DNA from: Terriglobia bacterium
GTDB taxonomy: Bacteria > Acidobacteriota > Polarisedimenticolia > Polarisedimenticolales > JAIQFR01
Direction: 5' to 3'
DNA: 64,000 nt
NCBI GenBank assembly: GCA_963748015.1
Contig: CAVVHE010000004.1
Coordinates: 64,001 to 128,000 of the forward strand
The translations under genes and the position numbers were made by a program. Below are positions 11,735-22,407 of this stretch, one piece after another (within the stretch, counting starts at the first letter, position 1; every line of letters starts with the position of its first letter). The notes under the pieces were generated by a model that was not told where the DNA came from, did not search any database, and was given only the letters and a program-made list of their open reading frames with translations.

Positions 11735-13860
11735 GCCGCCCGCGCGCGGCGGCGCTCTTTCTCGGCGCGCTCCTGGCCGGAGGCTTCCCGGTCGCGGCGC
11801 AGACCGTCTCGGGGCAGGCGTTCGAGGACCGGAATGGCAACGGGATCCGGGACGCCGGCGAGCCCGCGCTCCCGGGAGTGGCGTTCGAGCTGTTCGGGAC
11901 CCGCGACGCCGGTGGAGCGTACGACCAGTCGGCGAGCAGCGGCCCGGACGGCGCGTTCTCGTTCTCACCGGGAAACGGCTGCTACCTGCTCCTCCCCGGC
12001 GACCCCGCGGGCTGGCGGCTGACCTCGGCGAGGAGCGACGGGTTCGTCAAGGGGACGCCGGGATACACGTCGCCGGTCGGTCAGCCGCGGTTCGCCAAGA
12101 TGGACCAGGGGATCGCGCACCTGAAGGCCGGAGGGATTCGTTACGCCGCGATGGGGGACAGCATCGCCTACAACTGGAACTCCTGTTTCGACACCTCGTC
12201 CTTCTGGTACGCCAAGCAGATCCAGTCCCGCCTGCAGTGCGTCGCCCCCGCGGCAGCCGTTTCCCTCGACCAGGCCGCGGTGAAGGGGGAGCACACCGAC
12301 GACCTGCTCGTGGACGACACGGCCGACCTCAACAACGTGTTCCGCGCGATCGCCAACCAGCCGCAATACGTGACGATCTCGATGATCGGGAACGACCTCC
12401 TCGGCGTGGACCCCGCGGGGACGCCGACGCAGGACCAGGTCAACAAGGCGATCGCCGAGGTGCTGGACTCGCGCCAGAACCTGCAGGAGGTCCTGTCGTC
12501 GCTCGTTTCCGAGATCCCCGGCGCGGACGTCGCGGTGAACACGCTCTACGACAACCTGGCCTACAACTGCTACACGGGGGCGACCTCGACGTTCCACAAG
12601 CAGTGGCTGCCGATCGTCAACCGGATCCTGCGCGATCTCGCGTGGGGGCAGACGCGGCGGGCGTCCATCAACGAGGTCTCCGAGGACTTCGCCCACGAGA
12701 ACCAGGCGGACGCATGCCTCGGCTTCGACGGGATGATCTGCCGCGACGTCTTCCAGACCGACAACATCCACCCGAAGAGCAACGGCTACACGGTCATCCG
12801 CGAGAAGCTGTGGGAAGCGGACGGCGGCGTCAACCTGGGGACCAAGGACGTCCTCGGGCGCACGTCCATCGCGAGCGACGCCGGCTTCCTGCGCAGGATC
12901 CGGCGGGTACTTCCGTCGTCGTGGAGGACGCTCGGCGGCGCGGCGGTCGCGAACCCGGCCGCGGCGCTGAGCGACCAGGACGGGGGCGTCCCGGCGCAGA
13001 TCACGCTCGGCATCGGGAGCGAGGAGTTCCGGCTGTCCGGCTTCCCGGACTGGTTCGACGAGGACCGGATCGTCCGCGCGGTCGCCGGCGTCCGCTACAG
13101 GACCACCGGCGCGGTGAGCGACGACTTCTACCGGATGGAGGCGTCCACGACCGGCCAGTTCAGGCCCGGGCCGGGACACGCCTACACGCCCACGGACTGG
13201 AACTACTACACGCCGATCGTCGGCGGGGGAGGGCCGAACCAGCCCATCGAGAACCCGGACTACCCCACCGAGAAGCTCCTCGTCCGGCCGAACGTCGCGT
13301 CGTATCGCGACGTGTCGGCCACGCTGACCAAGAACCCCGTCCTCCCCGCCGGCTCGGGCGAGTACCAGTGGCCGCCCGTCGGCCAGACGGACCTCTCGAC
13401 GACCGAGATCCGGGTCGCTTCGGCGCCGGTCGCGGCGACCTCGGGAAACGACGCCTACCAGGTGGAGCTCGACGCGGCGTGGCTCGACCTCTACGGCTGG
13501 CAGGCGCCGCGGCCCGCGGAGATCGCGAACGTCGAGGTCTCGCGCCTCGCCGACGGCACGATCGAGGTGGCGTTCGACCCGCTGTCGGGGGCGCAGCGCT
13601 ACAACCTGTACTTCGGGAGGCTGGCGACGCTCCCGTCCGGCGCCTACGACCACGGCGCCGCCGCTCCGGCGGGACCGCTCTGCGCGGCCCCGGCCGCCGA
13701 CGCCGGCGGCGGGCGGCTGAAGATCGTCGCGTCGGTCGCGCAGCAACCCTCGACCGACGCGTACATCCTGGTCACCGCGCACGCCGACGACGTGGAGTCG
13801 CCGGCCGGGTACCGCACCGGGCCCGAGGAGATCGACCGCTCGCAGTCCGTCTGTCGGTAG
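11731..13860 (+). CDS. Secreted SGNH/GDSL hydrolase with N-terminal SdrD-B-like domain
   Basis: [20 protein letters not shown] (SdrD-B-like); MGDSI, IGNDL, DNIHP SGNH blocks. Confidence 0.8.
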   Translation: MSRPRAAALFLGALLAGGFPVAAQTVSGQAFEDRNGNGIRDAGEPALPGVAFELFGTRDAGGAYDQSASSGPDGAFSFSPGNGCYLLLPGDPAGWRLTSARSDGFVKGTPGYTSPVGQPRFAKMDQGIAHLKAGGIRYAAMGDSIAYNWNSCFDTSSFWYAKQIQSRLQCVAPAAAVSLDQAAVKGEHTDDLLVDDTADLNNVFRAIANQPQYVTISMIGNDLLGVDPAGTPTQDQVNKAIAEVLDSRQNLQEVLSSLVSEIPGADVAVNTLYDNLAYNCYTGATSTFHKQWLPIVNRILRDLAWGQTRRASINEVSEDFAHENQADACLGFDGMICRDVFQTDNIHPKSNGYTVIREKLWEADGGVNLGTKDVLGRTSIASDAGFLRRIRRVLPSSWRTLGGAAVANPAAALSDQDGGVPAQITLGIGSEEFRLSGFPDWFDEDRIVRAVAGVRYRTTGAVSDDFYRMEASTTGQFRPGPGHAYTPTDWNYYTPIVGGGGPNQPIENPDYPTEKLLVRPNVASYRDVSATLTKNPVLPAGSGEYQWPPVGQTDLSTTEIRVASAPVAATSGNDAYQVELDAAWLDLYGWQAPRPAEIANVEVSRLADGTIEVAFDPLSGAQRYNLYFGRLATLPSGAYDHGAAAPAGPLCAAPAADAGGGRLKIVASVAQQPSTDAYILVTAHADDVESPAGYRTGPEEIDRSQSVCR

Positions 13861-13957
13861 CGCCCGAGGGGGACGGCGGCCGCACGCCCGCGACCTCGAC
13901 GATCTAGAATGGGGCGAGTGCGGGCGTGCCGAGCCCTTACCAACGAGGAACGAGACG

Positions 13958-14758
13958 ATGTCCCAGATGCACGAGGTCGACTACAAGATCTTCGGCGACG
14001 ACATGCAGTTCGTGGAGGTCGAGCTGGATCCCGGCGAGGCATCGGTCGCCGAGGCGGGCGGCATGATGTACATGGAAGACGGGATCGCCATGGAGACCGT
14101 CTTCGGCGACGGCTCCGCGCAGCAGCGCGGCTTCCTGGACAAGCTCGTCGGCGCGGGAAAGCGCCTCCTCACCGGGGAGTCGCTGTTCATGACCGTGTTC
14201 GTCAACCAAGCGCAGGGGAAGAGGCGCGTGGCGTTCGGGGCGCCGTACCCCGGGAAGATCCTCGCCATCCGGCTGCCGGAGATCGGCGGCGAGCTCATCG
14301 CCCAGAAGGACTCCTTCCTCGCCGCCGCGAAGGGGGTGGCGATCGGCATCGCCTTCCAGAAGCGGCTCGGCGTGGGGCTGTTCGGTGGCGAGGGGTTCAT
14401 CATGGAGCGGCTCACCGGGGACGGGCTCGTCTTCGTGCACGCGGGCGGCACGGTTCACGAGCGCGCGCTCGCTCCGGGCGAGACGATTCGCGTCGACACC
14501 GGGTGCATCGTGGGGTTCCAGCCGAGCGTGGACTACGACATCGAGGCCGTCGGTGGGATCAAGTCCGCCCTCTTCGGAGGGGAAGGGCTGTTCTTCGCGA
14601 CCCTGCGGGGCCCCGGGAAGATCTGGCTGCAGTCGCTGCCGCTGAGCCGCCTCGCCGGGCGCATCATTGCCGCCGCCCCGCAGACGGGACGCGGCGGGCG
14701 CGAGGAAGGCTCGCTTCTCGGCGGGATAGGACGGATCCTCGACGGCGACAACCGGTAG
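13958..14758 (+). CDS. TIGR00266/AIM24 family protein
   Basis: [33 protein letters not shown]. Confidence 0.92.
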   Translation: MSQMHEVDYKIFGDDMQFVEVELDPGEASVAEAGGMMYMEDGIAMETVFGDGSAQQRGFLDKLVGAGKRLLTGESLFMTVFVNQAQGKRRVAFGAPYPGKILAIRLPEIGGELIAQKDSFLAAAKGVAIGIAFQKRLGVGLFGGEGFIMERLTGDGLVFVHAGGTVHERALAPGETIRVDTGCIVGFQPSVDYDIEAVGGIKSALFGGEGLFFATLRGPGKIWLQSLPLSRLAGRIIAAAPQTGRGGREEGSLLGGIGRILDGDNR

Positions 14759-14795
14759 CACGCGTCCCGCTGGGCCACGGGCGGGAGAAGGGGCC

Positions 14796-17723
14796 ATGGG
14801 GACTCGGCTGGGCGGGCTCGCACTGGCGATCGCCGCGGTCGCGGCTCCGTCCGCGACGGCCGCGACGAAGCCGGTCCTGACCCTCTCCTTCGACGAGGGC
14901 TTCGACGGCACCGGTCCGTCGGGCATCGTGAAGGCGGTCGTCGAGGGCGCCCCCGCGCTCGTCGTGGGACGGACCGGCCGCGCGCTCGAGTCGGGTCCCT
15001 CGACCGGTTACCTGGCCTTCCCCACCGAAGGCATCCTCGACCCTCGCGGCGGCACCATCGAGATGTGGGTCCGGCCGGTGAACTGGCGCGCCGCCGAGGA
15101 GGACTACCACGTCTTCCTCGACGCGCGCGGCGAAGGCGTGCTCTACCTCTACAAGTTCTACAAGGGGAGTGACGTCCTCTTGCTCGCCGGAGCGAGCGTC
15201 GACGGGCCGTACCGGGAGAGTCGCGAGGACGCGGGGAGCTGGATACCGGGGGAGTGGCACCATCTCGCCGGGACCTGGTCGGCCGACACGCTCCGGCTCT
15301 ACGTGGACGGCCGGCCCGCCGGGCCGTGCGTCGCAACCGGGAACCTGCCGCGGAAGTTCGGCGCGACGTTCCGGATCGGAGATCACCCGTGGGGCTCCTC
15401 CCGCGCGACCTCCTCGTTGATCGACGACGTCCGGATCTACGACCGGCCGCTCGGCGAGGAGGAGATCGCGGCGCATTTCCGCGGCGATTTCGATGCGGAG
15501 GCGCCGCTGCGGCGCGATCGATCCACCCTCGCGTTCGATCTGCATCCGGAGCGTTGGGATGCGGAGGTCCGCCTCTGGGCCGGGGGTGCCTTCATCGAGG
15601 ACGGCCGCCTCGAAGCGAGGGCCGCGATCGTGCCGGCGGGCGGCGGTCTTCCCGCGGAGGCGACGCGCCTGCCGTTCAGGGCCGGGCAGGCGGTCGGCTC
15701 CGTTCCCGTCGGCTCCCGCGAGCCGGGGGAGTACGAGGTCCTCGCGGAGGTCCGGCGAGACGGCGAGCCGGTGTTCGACCTGCGCCGGAGCCTCGTGATC
15801 CCGAGGCTCGACTGGCGAGGGAGCGCGGCGGGCGCCGACGACCGGGTGATCCCGCCGTGGACCCCGGTCGAGGCAGAGGGGAGGGCGGTCCGCTGCTGGG
15901 GGAGGGAATACCGCTTCGACCGTGGGCCGCTTCCCTCGCAACTCCGCTCCGCGGGAGAAGACCTCCTTGCCGCACCGGTCCGGCTCGTTCTCGCGAGCGG
16001 CGGAGCGGAGGTGCGCTGGAGCCGCCGCCGCGCGGACGTGTCCCCCTCCGGTTCCGGAACACGGCGCATCGTCTTCGGCTACTTCGAGGGAAAGCTCGGG
16101 GCGTCGCGCGCGCGGGTGGACGTGACGGCGACCGTCGAGTACGACGGCGTGACCGTCTTCGAGCTCTCGGGCGACTCCGTCTCCTCCATTCCGCTCGACG
16201 CGCTGGCGGTCGAGATCCCGCTCGCCGCCTCCCGCGCGGTCTACAGGCACCGCCACCGCTCCGCCGGGCCGGCGCTCTCGGGGCGGCTTCCGGAGGGCGA
16301 GGGGATCGTGGACGGCGGCGCCTTCGCCCCGTTCTACTGGCTGGGCGACGACGACCGCGGCCTCTTCTGGTTCGCGGAGTCCGACGAGAGCTGGCCCAAC
16401 GGCCGGTCGGCCGACGCGATCGAGGTGGTCCGCGCGGGTGGGCGCGTCCTGCTGCGTCTCAACCTCCTCGGCCCGGGTCAGACGATGCCGCGCGGGTGGA
16501 AGTTCGTTTTCGGCCTCCAGGCGACGCCGGTCAAGCCGATGCCCTCCGGCCGGCGCCGCTGGCGGCTCCAGCCCGCCCGGGGCGCGAGCGCGAGCATCCT
16601 CTGGCCGGTGCCGAAGGGCGACTCGCTCAGGTACTACGGGTATCCCGAGGCCGCGGATCCCGCCGCGTTCCGTTCCCGCGTGGATGCGTTGCATGCGGAG
16701 GGCGTGAAGGCGGTGCCGTATCTCCTCCTCACGCACCTCTCGTCCGCCGCCCCGGAGTGGCCGTTCTTCCGAACGCTTTGGGGCACGGGACTGGCGGATG
16801 CGAGATCGACGGACGTCCTGGCATACGGCTCCGCCCTCGAGCGGATCTCGCCCTACGGGAAGGAGTTCGCCGATTTCATCGTCCGGAAGACGATCGAGTT
16901 CGTCGCGACCCACGGCCTGGACGGCATCTATCACGACAACACCATCCCGTTCCCCCTGGCGAGCGTCGACAGCGGCACCGGCTACCGGCGCGGCGGGAGG
17001 ACGTACCCGAGCTACCCGATCCTCGGCTATCGCGAGCTCTACCGCCGGATGGCGGTCGCGCTCGCGGGGCTCGGGCGGGAGACGCTGACCGTGGCTCACA
17101 TGTCCGGCGAGATGGACGTACCCGTCGTCGGTTGGGACGACGCCTATCTCGACGGGGAGCAGTTCGCGGGACTCGTCGAGGACAGCTATCCGGACGTGCT
17201 GCCGCTCGACGCGTTTCGCGCGGAGTTCATGGGGCGGCAGTGGGGCGTCGCGCCGTTCTTCCTGCCCGAGCTGAAGCCGCCGTGGTCCGAGCGGGTCGAG
17301 CCCACGCGCGGGATGATGGCGCTGCTGATGCTGCACGACGTGAGCCTCTGGCCGATCCGGTGCAACGTCTCCGTCGTGAACGAAGCGCTCGCGGCCCTCG
17401 ACGCCTTCGGGTACGCCGACGCGGAGTTCATCCCGTATTTCGACGCGCGGCCGCCCGCGGCGACCGGGATGAAGGACGTCCACGTCAGCGCGTACAGGAA
17501 GGGGGACGGCTCGGTCCTTCTCGTCGCCGCGAATCTCTCGAGGGAGGACCGCGCGGGCGAGCTCCGCATCGACGGCCCTCGCCTGGGCCTCCCCTTGCGC
17601 CGTGTCCTGACCTGGCCGGACCGACGCGAGATCCCCGCCGAGGACGGCCTCGTCCGTGTCGAGATCCCCCGCCAGGGTTACCTGCTGCTGTTTCTACCTC
17701 CCGGCCAGCGAGGACGAGGCTGA
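14796..17723 (+). CDS. Secreted LamG-domain protein with putative glycoside hydrolase (DUF6067-like) domain
   Basis: Signal peptide; LamG GTIEMWV..WHHLAGTW..LYVDG..IDDVRIYDRPL; TIM-barrel-like DGIYHD, YLDGEQF. Confidence 0.7.
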   Translation: MGTRLGGLALAIAAVAAPSATAATKPVLTLSFDEGFDGTGPSGIVKAVVEGAPALVVGRTGRALESGPSTGYLAFPTEGILDPRGGTIEMWVRPVNWRAAEEDYHVFLDARGEGVLYLYKFYKGSDVLLLAGASVDGPYRESREDAGSWIPGEWHHLAGTWSADTLRLYVDGRPAGPCVATGNLPRKFGATFRIGDHPWGSSRATSSLIDDVRIYDRPLGEEEIAAHFRGDFDAEAPLRRDRSTLAFDLHPERWDAEVRLWAGGAFIEDGRLEARAAIVPAGGGLPAEATRLPFRAGQAVGSVPVGSREPGEYEVLAEVRRDGEPVFDLRRSLVIPRLDWRGSAAGADDRVIPPWTPVEAEGRAVRCWGREYRFDRGPLPSQLRSAGEDLLAAPVRLVLASGGAEVRWSRRRADVSPSGSGTRRIVFGYFEGKLGASRARVDVTATVEYDGVTVFELSGDSVSSIPLDALAVEIPLAASRAVYRHRHRSAGPALSGRLPEGEGIVDGGAFAPFYWLGDDDRGLFWFAESDESWPNGRSADAIEVVRAGGRVLLRLNLLGPGQTMPRGWKFVFGLQATPVKPMPSGRRRWRLQPARGASASILWPVPKGDSLRYYGYPEAADPAAFRSRVDALHAEGVKAVPYLLLTHLSSAAPEWPFFRTLWGTGLADARSTDVLAYGSALERISPYGKEFADFIVRKTIEFVATHGLDGIYHDNTIPFPLASVDSGTGYRRGGRTYPSYPILGYRELYRRMAVALAGLGRETLTVAHMSGEMDVPVVGWDDAYLDGEQFAGLVEDSYPDVLPLDAFRAEFMGRQWGVAPFFLPELKPPWSERVEPTRGMMALLMLHDVSLWPIRCNVSVVNEALAALDAFGYADAEFIPYFDARPPAATGMKDVHVSAYRKGDGSVLLVAANLSREDRAGELRIDGPRLGLPLRRVLTWPDRREIPAEDGLVRVEIPRQGYLLLFLPPGQRGRG

Positions 17724-17772
17724 ATGGGTTCGCAGACGACCCTCTTTCGGGTCGGCGAGAACCCATTCAGCC
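17718..17772. repeat. Hairpin element family B, copy 1
   Basis: 14-bp perfect IR GGCTGAATGGGTTC/GAACCCATTCAGCC around a 27-nt apex shared with 35479-35505. Confidence 0.75.
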
Positions 17773-17879
17773 GAGGACGAGCGGTTGACGGGCCGAGCGG
17801 GCGGCAGGCCCCGGATTCGAACGGGGAGGCCGGGCGCGGCATAATGGCGTCGTCACGGGGCGCGTGGCGAGGGGCGGCG

Positions 17880-18770
17880 ATGGAGACCGGGCGGGTATTT
17901 CACGTCCAAAGATTCTCGATTCATGACGGGCCCGGGATCCGAACCACGGTCTTCCTGAAGGGGTGCGCCCTGTCGTGCGCCTGGTGCCACAATCCGGAGG
18001 GGCGCTCTCCCGCGAGGGAAGTCGTCAAGATCGAGGAGCGGTGCATCCGGTGCGGCGCGTGCGTCGAGGTCTGTCCGAGCGGCGCCGCCGAGGACCCGGT
18101 TCCCGGAGTCGGCTGCGAGCGCTGCGGCGCGTGCGTCGCCGCCTGCCCGACGGGGGCGCGGCAGGGCGTCGGGCGGGACGCGACCGTCGCGGACCTCGTG
18201 GCGGAGGTGGAGCGCGACCGCGTCTTCTTCGAGGAGTCGGGGGGCGGGGTGACCTTCTCGGGAGGCGAGCCGCTCGCCCAGGCGGGGTTCGTCGTGGAGG
18301 CGCTCGCGGCGCTGCGCGCGCGGTCCCTCGCCACCGCCCTCGATACCTGCGGCTTCGCCTCCCGCGAGGACCTGCTTCGCGCCGCGGCGAACGCGGACCT
18401 CGTGCTGTTCGACCTCAAGCTCATCGACGACGAGCGGCACCGCGAGCTCACCGGCGTGCCGAGCGCGCCGATCCTCGAGAACTTCCGCGCTCTCGGCGCG
18501 GCGCACGGCAACGTGTGGGTCCGGATACCGGTGGTGCCCGGCGTGAACGACGACGCCCCGAATCTCGAGGCGGCGGCGAGGACCGCCGCCTCGGCCCCCG
18601 GCGTGCGCCGGGTGCACCTGCTTCCCTACCACGGGACCGGCGCGAGAAAATTCGGCCGGGTGGGGATACCGTACGCGCTGGGGCACGTCGAGCCGCCGGA
18701 CCCGGACCACATGGAACGCGCCGCCGAGCCGTTCCGCCGCCTCGGCCTCGACACACGCATCGGAGGGTAG
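17880..18770 (+). CDS. Glycyl-radical enzyme activating enzyme (radical SAM with ferredoxin insert)
   Basis: HDGPGIRTTVFLKGCALSCAWCHNPE, two CxxCxxCxxxCP motifs, GVTFSGGEP. Confidence 0.95.
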   Translation: METGRVFHVQRFSIHDGPGIRTTVFLKGCALSCAWCHNPEGRSPAREVVKIEERCIRCGACVEVCPSGAAEDPVPGVGCERCGACVAACPTGARQGVGRDATVADLVAEVERDRVFFEESGGGVTFSGGEPLAQAGFVVEALAALRARSLATALDTCGFASREDLLRAAANADLVLFDLKLIDDERHRELTGVPSAPILENFRALGAAHGNVWVRIPVVPGVNDDAPNLEAAARTAASAPGVRRVHLLPYHGTGARKFGRVGIPYALGHVEPPDPDHMERAAEPFRRLGLDTRIGG

Positions 18771-18775
18771 ACGCC

Positions 18776-21136
18776 ATGAGCGATCGCACGGACCGGCTAC
18801 GCCGGGAGAGCCTCGAGGCGGTGCCGTCCATCTCGTCCGAGCGAGCGGAGCGGATCACCGCCTTCTACCGCGAGAACGAGGGGCGCTTCTCGGTGCCCGT
18901 GATGCGCGCTCTGGCCTTTCGCGACCTGTGCGAGCACAAGACGCTCTACCTCGGCGACGGCGAGCTGATCGTGGGCGAGCGCGGGCCGGAGCCCAAGGCG
19001 GTTCCCACCTACCCGGAGCTGACGTGCCACTCGGTGGAGGACCTGGCGATCCTCGACTCGCGCCCCAAGACCCGCTACCGCGTGGATCCCGGGGTGATCG
19101 AGGCCTACGAGCGGCTGGTGATCCCCTACTGGAAGGGGAGGAGCCTCAGGGACCGGATGTTCGAGGAGCTTCCCGCCGAGTGGCGCGAGGCCTACCGGGC
19201 CGGCGTCTTCACCGAGTTCATGGAGCAGCGCGCGCCGGGCCACACGGTGCTCGACGACAAGATCTACTCCCGCGGTCTGCTCGATTTCAAGGAGGACATC
19301 GCGAGGGCGATCGGCGCGCTCGATTTCGAGCGGGACGGAGAGGCGCTCGACCGCCGGGACCAGCTTCGCGCCATGGAGATCGCGTGCGACGCCACCGTCC
19401 GCTTCGCGGAGCGCCACGCGGAGCTGGCCGACCGGCGGGCCTCCGCGGAGGCCGACCCGGTCCGGCGCGCGGAGCTGAGGAAGATCGCGGAGGCTTGCCG
19501 GCGCGTCCCCGCGCGCGCGCCGAGGGATTTCCACGAGGCGCTCCAGTCGTACTGGTTCTGCCACCTCGGGGTGATCACCGAGCTGAACGGCTGGGACGCC
19601 TACTGCCCCGGCCACCTGGACCAGCACCTGGGCCCGTTCTACGCGAGGGGGCTCGCGGACGGGACGCTGACCCGCGAGCGCGCGAAGGAGCTGATCGAAT
19701 GCTTCTTCGTGAAATTCAACAACCACCCCGCCCCCCCGAAGGTCGGGGTCACCGCGGCCGAGAGCGGGACGTACACGGACTTCGCGAACATCAACATCGG
19801 CGGCCTGCTTCGGGACGGATCCGACGGTTCGAACGAGGTGTCCTATCTCCTCCTCGAGGTGATCGAGGAGTTGCACCTCGTGCAGCCGAGCTCGAACGTG
19901 CAGGTCTCCCGCCAGACCCCCGACCCGCTCCTGAAGCGCGCGCTCCGCGTCGTCCGCAAGGGATACGGCTTCCCGTCGCTCTTCAACGCGGACCTCGTCG
20001 TGGAGGAGCAGCTGAGGCAGGGAAAGACGGTCGAGGACGCACGCGCCGGCGGCTGCAGCGGCTGCGTCGAGGTGGGCGCCTTCGGCAAGGAGGCGTACAT
20101 CCTCACCGGGTACTTCAACCTCGCGAAGATTCTCGAGCTCGCCCTCCACGACGGCGTGGACCCGAGGACGGGCGCGCGGCTCGGCCCATCGACGGGGAGC
20201 GTTCGCGATCTCCGCTCGTTCGACGGGCTGTTCGGCGCGTTCGAGGCCCAGCTGCGCCATTTCGTGGACCTCAAGATCCGGGGGAACCAGCTCGTCGAGA
20301 GGATGTACGCCACGCGGATGCCGGCGCCGTTCCTCTCCGTTCTCACCGACGACTGCATCGAGAATGGGCGCGACTACAACGCGGGGGGCGCGCGCTACAA
20401 CAACACGTACATCCAGGCCGTGGGGATCGGCACCGTGACCGACAGCTTCTCCGCCCTGAACACGCTGGTCTACGGGGACGACGGGATCGCGCTGGATCGG
20501 ATGATCGCGGCAATCGACGCGGATTTCCGCGGCGAGGAGCCGCTACGCCAGCGCCTCCTGAACCGCGTGCCCCGCTACGGGAACGACGACGACGCGGCCG
20601 ACGCCCACATGGTCCGGACGTTCGAGGCGCTGTTCCGCGCGATCGACGGGCGACCGAACACCAAGGGAGGACGCTACCGCCTCGAGATGCTCCCCACCAC
20701 CTGCCACGTCTACTTCGGCCAGGTCTGCGGCGCCACGCCGGACGGCCGGAGGGCGGGGGAGCCGCTGTCCGAGGGGATCTCCCCGGTCCAGGGAGCCGAC
20801 CGCACGGGCCCGACGGCGGTCTTCAGGTCCGCGGGGAAGATGGACCAGGTGAAGACCGGCGGCACCCTCCTCAACATGAAGCTGACCCCCGCGCTCGTCG
20901 AGGGGGAGGAAGGGATCGACCGGCTCTCCCACCTCGTCCGCGGTTACTTCCGGATGAACGGCCACCACGTGCAGTTCAACGTGGTGACCGCCGAGACGCT
21001 GAGGGAAGCCCAGGCGCACCCCGAACGGCACCGGGACCTGATCGTCCGCGTCGCCGGGTACAGCGACTACTTCTGCGACCTGTCCGCCGACCTCCAGGAC
21101 GAGATCATCCGCCGGACCGAGCACCGGGCGTTCTGA
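18776..21136 (+). CDS. hypD: Glycyl radical enzyme, trans-4-hydroxy-L-proline dehydratase
   Basis: FTEFMEQRAPGHTV, WDA, PAPPKVG..YTDFANIN, SGCVE, LTGY, MLPTTCH, RVAGYS all match the HypD type. Confidence 0.88.
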   Translation: MSDRTDRLRRESLEAVPSISSERAERITAFYRENEGRFSVPVMRALAFRDLCEHKTLYLGDGELIVGERGPEPKAVPTYPELTCHSVEDLAILDSRPKTRYRVDPGVIEAYERLVIPYWKGRSLRDRMFEELPAEWREAYRAGVFTEFMEQRAPGHTVLDDKIYSRGLLDFKEDIARAIGALDFERDGEALDRRDQLRAMEIACDATVRFAERHAELADRRASAEADPVRRAELRKIAEACRRVPARAPRDFHEALQSYWFCHLGVITELNGWDAYCPGHLDQHLGPFYARGLADGTLTRERAKELIECFFVKFNNHPAPPKVGVTAAESGTYTDFANINIGGLLRDGSDGSNEVSYLLLEVIEELHLVQPSSNVQVSRQTPDPLLKRALRVVRKGYGFPSLFNADLVVEEQLRQGKTVEDARAGGCSGCVEVGAFGKEAYILTGYFNLAKILELALHDGVDPRTGARLGPSTGSVRDLRSFDGLFGAFEAQLRHFVDLKIRGNQLVERMYATRMPAPFLSVLTDDCIENGRDYNAGGARYNNTYIQAVGIGTVTDSFSALNTLVYGDDGIALDRMIAAIDADFRGEEPLRQRLLNRVPRYGNDDDAADAHMVRTFEALFRAIDGRPNTKGGRYRLEMLPTTCHVYFGQVCGATPDGRRAGEPLSEGISPVQGADRTGPTAVFRSAGKMDQVKTGGTLLNMKLTPALVEGEEGIDRLSHLVRGYFRMNGHHVQFNVVTAETLREAQAHPERHRDLIVRVAGYSDYFCDLSADLQDEIIRRTEHRAF

Positions 21137-21196
21137 TTCTTCCCCGCGCCGGCGGGGGCCGACCGAACCCCGCGAGCGAGCGGGTTTCGTCTCGCC

Positions 21197-22396
21197 TCAG
21201 AAGGCGGTCACGAGGCCGACCGAGAACCTGCTGGCGTCGTGCTCGAGATCGCGCCCTCCCTCGATGACGCAGCGCACGTTGCGCGCGAGCAGGTAGCCCG
21301 CCGTGAGCGAGACGGTCTCGGACCGGGGATCCTCCTCGTCCTCGGCGAGGGGATCGAAGTCCGAGGTCACCTTGTTGTAGAGCGCCGACAGCGCCCACCG
21401 TCCGTCCGGTCCGCCGGGAAACAGGTGCAGCTCCGCGAACCCGCCCCGCGTCCGGTAAGAGGGGCCGTTCCCCCCCTCGAAGCGCGGGTCGTCATCGCGT
21501 CGCTCGAGGTACTCCGCCGAGAACTGCCAGTGGGGCCCGAGGTCGAGCACGAGATCCGGCCCGAAGTAGGTGGTGCGGTTGGTGGGACCCGTTCCCTCGG
21601 CGTCCGGGCCGCGCTCGCGCCCCCAGTAGCCGAAGAGGCCGACGCGAGCCTTTCCGAACGGCCGCACGATCCGGATCGCCAAGTTCTTGTAGTTGTCCTT
21701 GTCGAACTGCCCGTCGGTGGCGGCGTCGATGCCGTTCCCGTTGACCACCTGGAGGATCGCGTCCACTTTCCCGGGCGCGTGCCAGGCACCGATGACGCCG
21801 CGGTCGTACGTCAGATCGACTCCGACCTTTCCCACATGGGACTTGAAGATGTCGTAGTCGAACCGCTCGAGGCGCAGCTCGCGCTTGAACATCGGGTCGC
21901 AGACCTGGAATTGCCCCACGGTCAGGTCCACGGGCAGCTTGAACACCGAGTTGAACTGGACCCAGGCGTCCTCGAGCCCGATCACCTCCTGCTGCTCGGC
22001 GAGGAAGTACAGGTAGTACGAGATCTTGTCGGTGATGGGCCCGCCCGAGAGGATCTTGAAGACCCACGGCCATTCGGCGTCCGTCTCCGCGACCTGGTCC
22101 TGCTTCCACGAGCCGTATCCCTCGAGCCGGATCGCCAGCGGAAGGTCCCGCGGCAGCTTCAGCATCGGGTCACCCACGTCGTAAGTAGCCCGCGCGGGCT
22201 CCTTGGACGGGTCATCCATCCGGAAACCGCGCGCCGCGAACTCCTCGCCGTAGGGCTTGAGGCGCGGGAACGGGGCATGGCAGGTCGAACAGGAGAGCTG
22301 GTATTTCCTGGCGAACGCGGGGATCGCCTCCGCCCGGGTCCAGGCGAAGGCGGCGGCGGCGAGGAGACAGAGGGCGAGAGGGCGAAATCGGCTCAT
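21197..22396 (-). CDS. Outer-membrane beta-barrel protein with N-terminal CxxCH heme motif
   Basis: Signal peptide; IPAFARKYQLSCSTCH; amphipathic beta strands; C-terminal Phe (GLVTAF). Confidence 0.75.
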   Translation of the reverse strand: MSRFRPLALCLLAAAAFAWTRAEAIPAFARKYQLSCSTCHAPFPRLKPYGEEFAARGFRMDDPSKEPARATYDVGDPMLKLPRDLPLAIRLEGYGSWKQDQVAETDAEWPWVFKILSGGPITDKISYYLYFLAEQQEVIGLEDAWVQFNSVFKLPVDLTVGQFQVCDPMFKRELRLERFDYDIFKSHVGKVGVDLTYDRGVIGAWHAPGKVDAILQVVNGNGIDAATDGQFDKDNYKNLAIRIVRPFGKARVGLFGYWGRERGPDAEGTGPTNRTTYFGPDLVLDLGPHWQFSAEYLERRDDDPRFEGGNGPSYRTRGGFAELHLFPGGPDGRWALSALYNKVTSDFDPLAEDEEDPRSETVSLTAGYLLARNVRCVIEGGRDLEHDASRFSVGLVTAF

Positions 22397-22407
22397 GGGC
22401 TTTCCTG

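Noticed and set aside
17963..18775. N-terminal extension of hypD, and similar extensions on 21197..23953, 5929..9072 and 57527..59623
   Set aside because: Overlap upstream genes in another frame; recognisable protein begins at downstream starts.
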